Notes under the pieces: generated by a model
Databases searched by the model: none
Told to the model about the DNA's origin: nothing
Seen by the model: only the letters and a program-made list of their open reading frames with translations
Position numbers and translations under genes: made by a program
Part shown: piece by piece, positions 7,161 to 13,368 of the stretch
How positions within the stretch are numbered: position 1 is the stretch's first letter
How the letters are laid out: every line of letters begins with the position of its first letter
Virus record (IMG/VR): IMGVR_UViG_3300032093_000107
Reading direction: 5' to 3' (one strand)
DNA: 20,000 nt
Source of the DNA: an uncultured virus (IMG/VR IMGVR_UViG_3300032093_000107)
Lineage: Duplodnaviria; Heunggongvirae; Uroviricota; Caudoviricetes

Positions 7161-7203
7161 CCGTATATTTACGGATGACAATTAAGGGTAGGCATGAGAT
7201 ATT
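7161..7203 (+). promoter_or_regulatory. Repeated phage promoter, copy F
   Basis: CCGTATATTTACGG-ATGACA(7175-7180)-17 bp-(TGA)GATATT(7198-7203), leader AAACAAACCACAGAGGAAAC. Confidence 0.85.
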
Positions 7204-7239
7204 AAGGATATAGAAACAAACCACAGAGGAAACAACGCC

Positions 7240-7506
7240 ATGACTCCTTTAAAATTTGCTAAAAAACTAACTGAATTATCCGATTACAATATCTTGCCAT
7301 CGCAGGTTAAGCTTTGGAATTGTCATTACGCTGGAGATGATCACCTGACAGAGAAACTAGCCATTGAAATTGCCAATCAGTGGCGTGAAGAAGATCCCGA
7401 TGAGGTTGGAGATCCATACGGATTGCTCGAAATCCAAAGCCTACATCTAGAAAGCATTTTTGAGGAGTCGATAGTCAGAAGAGAGCCAGTTCCTTGGAGT
7501 CGATAG
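7240..7506 (+). CDS. Small acidic hypothetical protein (88 aa), anti-defence candidate
   Basis: Own promoter, RBS and terminator; 17 D/E versus 9 K/R. Confidence 0.75.
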   Translation: MTPLKFAKKLTELSDYNILPSQVKLWNCHYAGDDHLTEKLAIEIANQWREEDPDEVGDPYGLLEIQSLHLESIFEESIVRREPVPWSR

Positions 7507-7556
7507 CACCCCGCCCTGAGCATGGCACTAAAAGGCTTTTGATTTTTTTGCTCATA

Positions 7557-7587
7557 AGGTGGGATAGAAGTATCCCCCTCTTTTTTT
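7557..7587 (+). terminator. Intrinsic terminator
   Basis: GGGATA-GAAG-TATCCC stem with a downstream T7 tract, between convergent genes. Confidence 0.65.
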
Positions 7588-7589
7588 GC

Positions 7590-7784
7590 CTATCCATCAA
7601 GGAAGAAAGTTTTAGGTTTAGTGTCATGAGTCACGATTAAACCTTTTTCCGTTAAATCCTTGAGGTAGGACGCGATTATATTGGGGTAGCAGTCAATCTC
7701 AGCATCTATCTGGTCAATCGTCACTGGCTCGCATTGGGTAGCCAGAAAAGATAAAATCTTAACACCTATCGGGAGTCGGTTCAT
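7590..7784 (-). CDS. Small winged-helix DNA-binding protein (64 aa)
   Basis: KILSFL...PVTIDQIDAEI...IIASYLKDLTEKGLIV...PKTFF wHTH pattern. Start ATG 7784 overlaps the upstream TGA (ATGA coupling). Confidence 0.7.
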   Translation of the reverse strand: MNRLPIGVKILSFLATQCEPVTIDQIDAEIDCYPNIIASYLKDLTEKGLIVTHDTKPKTFFLDG

Positions 7785-7939
7785 TGTGAGAGCTTCCACA
7801 GGAGAAAGGATATATAAAAGGTAAGAAGAACCAATATCAGGAGAGCTTGAATCAGCCCTAACCAAAAATCAGCCCGATCCTGCCTTTCCTGTTCTTTGAT
7901 TTTCCGTCTGGTTTTTAGATTTAGTTTAAAATTGTCCAT
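7781..7939 (-). CDS. Small single-pass membrane protein (52 aa)
   Basis: Hand-translated MDNFKLNLKTRRKIKEQERQDRADFWLGLIQALLILVLLTFYISFLLWKLSQ, overlapping both neighbours. Confidence 0.6.
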   Translation of the reverse strand: MDNFKLNLKTRRKIKEQERQDRADFWLGLIQALLILVLLTFYISFLLWKLSQ

Positions 7940-8139
7940 TGGTGATTGTTGTGTTTTGCTGTTGCTAGTTTTAGTTGAGATTGGAGTCCTTTAATTTCTT
8001 TGCCCTCTCCCCTATTGGTTCTTTTTTGGGCTTTATCTATTTGGTCTTTTAGGTAATTTAGATAGCGCTCGGTGGGAATATAGCCACAAATTCGACAGCG
8101 ATCATGGTCGAGCCCTGGGCAATCGTTAATGTGTTTCAC
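7921..8139 (-). CDS. Hypothetical protein with Cys/His cluster (CPGLDHDRCRICG)
   Basis: ORF track 7921..8184. Likely GTG start at 8139 behind GGGGGA. Confidence 0.55.
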   Translation of the reverse strand: MKHINDCPGLDHDRCRICGYIPTERYLNYLKDQIDKAQKRTNRGEGKEIKGLQSQLKLATAKHNNHQWTILN

Positions 8140-8863
8140 GTTCCCCCCAGTACGCAGCATCACGACACTCGGTAATCCAATCAATCGTGTCTTGGGGGAT
8201 ATTTTTAAGCTGGCTATAGCCCGATATAGATTTAATCTTATCCAAAAATCTAAGCAAAGCAGAGGGTGATATCGAGTAATGATGGGTGTACCGACGAGCT
8301 TTAAGATCCTTTTTATAAATTGCCCTCAGGATTACGACATGATCCACCTCTAGGATTTTTGCCACGGCACAAGCAGACCAATCGCCTAACTCCGCCCTTG
8401 CCGATCCTACGTGATGGTCTTTCCTTAAATCAGACAGCTTTTTCTCCGTAGCAAAAATTGATCGCTTAAGTTTTTTGGCAATTCTGGGGACGCTCCACAC
8501 CCCACACTTTTCTATTAAAAATTCAATATCATTGTCAGACCATGGAACTCGCGGAAATTTATTTTGCTTTAGATTTCCCGCTTTGACTTGTCCTCTGATA
8601 GAATCTCGTGATATCGAAAAATGATCCATTACAGCATTTACCCCATCTGAATCAAGGATTTTTTGCGCGATCGCCAAATTTTCTTTAGACCAATTAAACC
8701 GCGATTGCAATCTCGGAACGTGGGGGAATCGCTTGTATCGAAGCTGATTTATAGCAGATTCCGATTTGCCAATCATTTTCCCAATTTTCTGGCAGGAAAG
8801 CCCATTCAATAGCCATGATTCAATCTGATTTAATTGTTCCTGACTGTAAATTTTTGTTGTCAT
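8126..8863 (-). CDS. Multi-HTH DNA-binding protein
   Basis: Repeated HTH/homeodomain-like units (GLSCQKIGKMIGKSESAI; WSDNDIEFL...SVPRIAKKLKRS) and a C-terminal excisionase-like HTH (SACAVAKILEVDHVVILRAIYKKDLKA). Confidence 0.7.
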   Translation of the reverse strand: MTTKIYSQEQLNQIESWLLNGLSCQKIGKMIGKSESAINQLRYKRFPHVPRLQSRFNWSKENLAIAQKILDSDGVNAVMDHFSISRDSIRGQVKAGNLKQNKFPRVPWSDNDIEFLIEKCGVWSVPRIAKKLKRSIFATEKKLSDLRKDHHVGSARAELGDWSACAVAKILEVDHVVILRAIYKKDLKARRYTHHYSISPSALLRFLDKIKSISGYSQLKNIPQDTIDWITECRDAAYWGERETH

Positions 8864-9501
8864 GTTGCCATCTCCTTTTTTAGTTGATATTCAAATCGTT
8901 TAATTGCCTGTATCCTAGTGTCGTAATTTTCCGACATTGCCTGATGATCAACAGATTTAGGTATTGCAGGAATTTCAACAGCATAAGAGGTATGCTTGCG
9001 CGGTGGTCTGTTTTCTTCGTATCTAATACCAGAATCCCTCGAACATTCCACACAGCATTTATTGCATTTTCTTCGTAATGAAGCCTCTAGCCCATTGTAT
9101 CTGTGTTCCCTTTTGCAAAGTTGCCCGACAAAAAAACGATCATCAATTTCGTCTGTCAAAACAATTTTGTCTAGCTTTCGTCTGCTTTTATCTGTTAGCT
9201 TTTTGCACTCTACACAGCTTCTGGTCTGAGTGTTTTTTAGAGAGAATCCCGTTCCGTTATAGTCGTGATTCCTTCCACACAACCCGCCTAAAAAATGTTT
9301 TTCCCCCTTAAGTTTAGCCTCTTTACGATTGGCTATTATTTTGTCAACATATTTCTGATCTTTGCCATCCCGTCTTTTCTCGAATTTAGTTCGATTGTGA
9401 CAAAGAACACAACCGAAATTAGAAATATATCGCAAGTTTTGCCCATTCTCGTCTTGATGCCCTTTTGGACATGGTTTGCCTAGGTAGGTTTTAGCGGTCA
9501 T
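8860..9501 (-). CDS. Protein with three tandem putative Zn-binding G-x2-C-x3-H...C-x2-C repeats
   Basis: YLGKPCPKGH..GCVLC, FLGGLCGRNH..SCVEC, FVGQLCKREH..CCVEC. Start at ATG 9501 is coupled to an upstream TGA. Confidence 0.7.
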   Translation of the reverse strand: MTAKTYLGKPCPKGHQDENGQNLRYISNFGCVLCHNRTKFEKRRDGKDQKYVDKIIANRKEAKLKGEKHFLGGLCGRNHDYNGTGFSLKNTQTRSCVECKKLTDKSRRKLDKIVLTDEIDDRFFVGQLCKREHRYNGLEASLRRKCNKCCVECSRDSGIRYEENRPPRKHTSYAVEIPAIPKSVDHQAMSENYDTRIQAIKRFEYQLKKEMAT

Positions 9502-9656
9502 GGTTCTATTTCCCCCGACGCTATTTTCCAATCAGTTTCCCACGCCAGAATGATTTCGTCGTCCGATAAATTTAGCACCTCTTCGGGATTAGTTGCCTGC
9601 CATTTTAGCCAGGCTTTTCTGTTTTGCTCTAGCGTTGTAATTTCATTTGAATCCAT
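9498..9656 (-). CDS. Small acidic hypothetical protein (52 aa)
   Basis: Hand-translated MDSNEITTLEQNRKAWLKWQATNPEEVLNLSDDEIILAWETDWKIASGEIEP. Fills the gap between nblA and the Zn-repeat gene with overlaps. Confidence 0.6.
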   Translation of the reverse strand: MDSNEITTLEQNRKAWLKWQATNPEEVLNLSDDEIILAWETDWKIASGEIEP

Positions 9657-9840
9657 TGTCAAGTCCCCACTTTTCTTTAATTATCTGCTTGTAAAAAACA
9701 TCAAGATAAATCATCTTGATATACTCTTGGACGATTGTATCCTTAAGAATATCGGTAGGCAAAGTAGATGATTTTACCCTTAAAATTTCGAGCTTGAATT
9801 TCTGCTCTAAAGTTAGTTCCCCAAATTTAGAATCTGTCAT
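9643..9840 (-). CDS. nblA: Phycobilisome degradation protein NblA
   Basis: ELTLEQKF...YIKM....FYKQIIKEKWGL matches the NblA signature (ELSLEQQF...YQELLKHQWGL) in sequence and length. Confidence 0.85.
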   Translation of the reverse strand: MTDSKFGELTLEQKFKLEILRVKSSTLPTDILKDTIVQEYIKMIYLDVFYKQIIKEKWGLDNGFK

Positions 9841-10142
9841 TTTCCTAACACCTCATAATCGTGACATTCTAAACAAGAGCCAGTAGGATTGATGGCGCAT
9901 TTAAGTTGAGTCATTTTACTCCAATTGCGACAGGAGCGCATAACTTTTAACTCTTGAATCTCAAGTTTTGCTCTAAGTTCAAAGTTTTCATGATTAAGCT
10001 CATTGGCTTGCCGATGTGATAAAATCACGTCACGGTTACAATCGGCTGATATTCTGTCTAATTCTGTCTCATAATTCCGTTTTTGAGCAGATAGAATTAT
10101 CAAAAACAGAATTATTAAGCTCAATAAAATTAACACGATCAT
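9837..10142 (-). CDS. DUF6464-like protein with N-terminal membrane anchor
   Basis: C-terminal CRNW....LKCAINPTGSCLECHDYE cyanobacterial motif and a hydrophobic N-terminus. Confidence 0.7.
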   Translation of the reverse strand: MIVLILLSLIILFLIILSAQKRNYETELDRISADCNRDVILSHRQANELNHENFELRAKLEIQELKVMRSCRNWSKMTQLKCAINPTGSCLECHDYEVLGK

Positions 10143-10366
10143 AATGCAATCTCTCCCTTTAGTTTTAGTTGCTTAATAATTTTCTCGGCAGTGTGATAAG
10201 GCATATCTTTCCCTTTGCCATAGGAAATTGTCGCAGTCCTTTTTCGCCCATTTGGTTCAGTGAGAGTGATTATTCTATGGGCAGTTTGTCCCTGCCTATA
10301 AGTAAAAATCCATCCCTTATCACTAGCATACTGGGCGATAATTTTCAGTAGTTCGTCTGGCTTCAT
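10139..10366 (-). CDS. HicA-like mRNA interferase (75 aa)
   Basis: MKPDELLK...KGW..TYRQGQTAH...PNG...TI..GKGKDMPYHTAEKIIKQLKL follows the HicA pattern. Start ATG 10366 is coupled to an upstream TGA. Confidence 0.6.
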   Translation of the reverse strand: MKPDELLKIIAQYASDKGWIFTYRQGQTAHRIITLTEPNGRKRTATISYGKGKDMPYHTAEKIIKQLKLKGEIAL

Positions 10367-10755
10367 ACTGCCTCCTGAGCATTTAGGATCGCAATAAGCC
10401 GTCTTAGCGCGGCGTTCCATGCCTCCGATCTTTGGAGGAAATTGTAAGCTCCTTTGTGAATAAATTTCCCATCTTGCCACAGGAAATAGGCATAATTTCC
10501 TTTAGAACAATCAAGGTAGATTCGATAGATTACCCCGTCTCTTTCCTCTTGATAGTTAGGAGTACGGGGTACTCCTGCTATTAATGCAGACTCTTTATAA
10601 GGGGCTGTTGGATTGATGTCTTCCCCTAGTAAAAAATAGATATACTGATTACTTTCTTTGTGCCATTGTGATTTATAAATCGTGGCACGTTTCCATAGTT
10701 TATTTATTTCTACGGGCGAACCTATAGGAAATTTAGAAATGTTAGGTAATTGCAT
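10363..10755 (-). CDS. Hypothetical protein (130 aa; N-terminal SH3/YorP-like 'KFPIGSPVEI')
   Basis: ORF track; RBS AGAGGAC; part of the operon. Confidence 0.65.
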   Translation of the reverse strand: MQLPNISKFPIGSPVEINKLWKRATIYKSQWHKESNQYIYFLLGEDINPTAPYKESALIAGVPRTPNYQEERDGVIYRIYLDCSKGNYAYFLWQDGKFIHKGAYNFLQRSEAWNAALRRLIAILNAQEAV

Positions 10756-10778
10756 TTTGTCAGTCCTCTATGTTTGTT

Positions 10779-11462
10779 TTACTGGTAGGCTTGAGGGTTG
10801 AAGTTGTCCTTTAGAGCAGAAAATCCATCCACTTGAGTAGGGATGTTTTCTACAAGTTCCGATTGCTCTAATCGTGCTTTGTTGAGCTTGGCCAGGAGTT
10901 CTTTGGGCATCCTTTTCTGTATAGTTTTATGCCACCAATCCATATCAATTTTAGGCATTTCGTCAACAAATGGGGACTTGTAAACTTCCCTGACTTCTGG
11001 CAGTTTTGGATTAGGCAATTGACGGGTTCCGTTGTTAAGGGACTCCTCATACATCAGCCAGAGCTTAACGAAGTTGTTGGCAGAGTAACTTAGCTTTTCT
11101 TGGGGTAGAGCCGATATGGTACGAATCCCTCCAATCGCTTCTAAGGCAAGTTCAGCCATGGGGGAGATAATTAAAGCATTGTCGGGAAACCGAATGGCAT
11201 TTTGAATTGACTTCCACTCTTCCCACGCGATTAAGTCACTCTTAGGAGTAGGCTTAAAATTCTCAATTACCTCTAGTGGGGATAGCGGCCGTCGGGCGAA
11301 CTTGGCTATTGCGGCTTTTAGGCAGGGGTAAAGCTCATCCTTTTCTAGTTGAGTGAATACCTCATACCACTGCTCAAAAGCCATCTCGTTAGTCGTGTAG
11401 TCGTAGTTGTAATATTCTCCAAACATAGCAATTGCTACAGTGAAATCTTCTTTAGAAATCAT
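10779..11462 (-). CDS. Putative helicase loader/inhibitor (G39P/DUF6475-like)
   Basis: Directly downstream of the initiator gene. N-terminal MISKEDF...W...L...A...F..P and ALEAIGG patterns. Confidence 0.6.
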   Translation of the reverse strand: MISKEDFTVAIAMFGEYYNYDYTTNEMAFEQWYEVFTQLEKDELYPCLKAAIAKFARRPLSPLEVIENFKPTPKSDLIAWEEWKSIQNAIRFPDNALIISPMAELALEAIGGIRTISALPQEKLSYSANNFVKLWLMYEESLNNGTRQLPNPKLPEVREVYKSPFVDEMPKIDMDWWHKTIQKRMPKELLAKLNKARLEQSELVENIPTQVDGFSALKDNFNPQAYQ

Positions 11463-11471
11463 GTTAATCCT

Positions 11472-12701
11472 CTAGGTGTGCTGATAATGCGGTTTTTGAC
11501 CCATTGACGCTACTCGATCTAAGGCATCGGAAATTTTGGTAGCCATAGCGTCGTAGGTTGCCCCCACAAAGTCTTTAAGCTCTCCTGATTCCCACATTTT
11601 GAGAATTGCGCGATCGCTAGGATTGGTAGCAGATGAGTTGATTCGCTTTAATGCAGCCAACGCTATAGCCTCAATATTCCCAGGTAGTAGCTTAGGATTG
11701 GTAGCCTTGAGGTAGTGACGATACTGCTCGTAAAATTCGTCTTCCTGCGCTATATCGGGAAATATCGTAGTTGAATTTTTGGCTATCTCCCTTTTGTACG
11801 ATATCGGACTTTTGGCAGGAAAGAAAGGATCTACCTTCTTTGTAGCTAGTTGAGAATTACTCGCAATAGTGGGAATGTCATCCACAATCGGATTTATTTT
11901 TTTGGCTAGAGAGACGGGTTGAGTAACAGCCTGTTTTATTTCACGATTTGGCTCTAGCGTGTCAATCTTGACCTGTTCGGATAAGATTGTGTGTGTTTGC
12001 TCATTTCCCTCCCATTTACCCAAATAGTGGACTTTCATTTGAGCCAGTACGGTTGGATTCTTGATCACAAGAGCCGTTCTGTCGTAAACGGCTTTAAAGT
12101 GCAGATATTCAGGATCTGAAAGATAAGCCGTATCTGAACTCCCCTCTTGGGGAGAAATTTCTTCCGAAAAAATTTCAATCGCACTTTCTAATTTTTTTTC
12201 TCTCGCGCGCTCCGGATCTAGAGAGAGATAAGTAAAATTATCTTCTTCTTTTATTTCTCTTTCTTTGAGAGGTTCTGAAACCCTTTCATATTGCGGGTTT
12301 TCAGGCGCGATTGTCTCATATTCGAGACAGTCAGTCTCAGATGTGGGGCACTCATTCCCAGATGTGGGGCACTCCAAATCAGAAGTTTTGTCCTGCTTTT
12401 TGGGCTTGACTTTAGCCGATTTTGGCTTAAGTACTTGGCAGGAGAATACGGACTCACCCGTCGGCTCTAATTTGCCGTGGCCGTTTTTCTCAAGCTTGGA
12501 TATCCCCCGGTAGAAGCTTGAGCGAGGCAGTTCCCACTCTTGGCAAAACCCCGATATCGAAGGGATTTTAAGATCGATGTTATCGGGAACCAAAATCCCT
12601 TTGATCGCTACTAGGTACCCTGCGGCGGTCAAGTAGCCATTTTGGTACATAGCTAGGGCTTTGTCCTTGGTTATTGCGAAAAATTTTTCATTAATCCTCA
12701 T
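11472..12701 (-). CDS. Phage replication initiator (lambda O-like architecture)
   Basis: Start moved to ATG 12701 (RBS AAGGAG). N-terminal wHTH (GFCQEWELPRSSFYRGISKLEKNG) followed by internal 21-bp iteron-like repeats. Confidence 0.7.
   Translation of the reverse strand: MRINEKFFAITKDKALAMYQNGYLTAAGYLVAIKGILVPDNIDLKIPSISGFCQEWELPRSSFYRGISKLEKNGHGKLEPTGESVFSCQVLKPKSAKVKPKKQDKTSDLECPTSGNECPTSETDCLEYETIAPENPQYERVSEPLKEREIKEEDNFTYLSLDPERAREKKLESAIEIFSEEISPQEGSSDTAYLSDPEYLHFKAVYDRTALVIKNPTVLAQMKVHYLGKWEGNEQTHTILSEQVKIDTLEPNREIKQAVTQPVSLAKKINPIVDDIPTIASNSQLATKKVDPFFPAKSPISYKREIAKNSTTIFPDIAQEDEFYEQYRHYLKATNPKLLPGNIEAIALAALKRINSSATNPSDRAILKMWESGELKDFVGATYDAMATKISDALDRVASMGQKPHYQHT
12313..12375. repeat. 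Three 21-bp iteron-like repeats; probable replication origin
   Basis: GTCTCATATTCGAGACAGTCA / GTCTCAGATGTGGGGCACTCA / TTCCCAGATGTGGGGCACTCC. CAGATGTGGGGCACTC is exact at 12338 and 12359. Confidence 0.7.
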
Positions 12702-12772
12702 GGGATAACTCCTTTTGTTCTGATTTATTGACTTTAGCAAAGACGGCAGGGTTTGTCTGCCATCCCTTAGCT

Positions 12773-13045
12773 TTATATTTTGTCCCATCCTATGACTGCA
12801 TTCAATATCCTTACGGTGCGACGTGACTTTATATTGAACCAATTACAGTTAATGGGGAACCGATAGAGCAAAGCCCCTTTATTAAAAAAATGAACGGATA
12901 TCCGCCTGTGGCTAGCAGTGTTATATATCCTCCAGTAATCACCCCGTTCGACGGTCCTGTAATCAATATCGTTGATATTCTCAAAAAGCACTTCATATAT
13001 CCCGACACGGAATCTTAAATGCTTTTCCTTGCTACAATCTCGCAT
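12773..13045 (-). CDS. Hypothetical protein (90 aa)
   Basis: ORF track, co-oriented within the operon. Confidence 0.5.
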   Translation of the reverse strand: MRDCSKEKHLRFRVGIYEVLFENINDIDYRTVERGDYWRIYNTASHRRISVHFFNKGALLYRFPINCNWFNIKSRRTVRILNAVIGWDKI

Positions 13046-13232
13046 TTTGCATCCTCTGCCACTTAAGGCTGTTTTTTAGTTCAACTTCGACTTTAGCTAG
13101 TTCTGCTTCAGCCTGTTCCCTTGTGAGATAAGAGTAATTGTGCCGATATAAAAAAAGGTTGGCACAAACAATCTCAAACGAGTACAATTTAGAGGCAGTG
13201 TGAATGATTCGCTTTTTTAGTTTTGTCCTCAT
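13032..13232 (-). CDS. Hypothetical protein (66 aa)
   Basis: ORF track; first ORF after the 13.3 kb promoter; start uncertain. Confidence 0.45.
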   Translation of the reverse strand: MRTKLKKRIIHTASKLYSFEIVCANLFLYRHNYSYLTREQAEAELAKVEVELKNSLKWQRMQNARL

Positions 13233-13280
13233 GTTTGACTTGTGCCCGCCACGCGCGGGTTTTTCTTTGCTTTGATTTTT

Positions 13281-13309
13281 ATAATTCCATACTAAAAAAG
13301 CCCTGTCAA
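13281..13309 (-). promoter_or_regulatory. Sigma70-type promoter of the replication operon
   Basis: Minus strand TTGACA (13309-13304)-17 bp-(TGG)AATTAT (13286-13281). Confidence 0.65.
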
Positions 13310-13317
13310 GGGTTTTT
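13294..13317 (-). terminator. Probable terminator of the structural operon, overlapping the -35 box
   Basis: Minus strand AAAAACCCT-TGAC-AGGGCTTTTTT. Confidence 0.55.
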
Positions 13318-13325
13318 CAAAAGTT

Positions 13326-13345
13326 CAGTAGAAACACTGATGACA
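13326..13345 (+). promoter_or_regulatory. Seventh, partial copy of the repeated palindrome + ATGACA motif
   Basis: AAAAGTT-CAGTAGAAACACTG-ATGACAAATTAA; the -10 box is absent. Confidence 0.6.
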
Positions 13346-13368
13346 AATTAAAATAAGGTATTTTTTGA

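Noticed and set aside
4236..7203. Repeated motif read as a CRISPR array or IS ends
   Set aside because: The copies are hundreds of bases apart, irregularly spaced and separated by whole genes. There is no transposase or target-site duplication.
7513..7538. Possible small H-type pseudoknot (GCC-CTGAGCAT-GGC...GCTT) after the 88-aa gene
   Set aside because: The stems are only 3-4 bp and there is a single copy, so it cannot be supported without covariation data.
8884..10351. Short plus-strand ORFs (8884, 8996, 9078, 9295, 9550, 10169)
   Set aside because: They are antisense to a tightly coupled minus-strand operon and lack RBS or promoter support.
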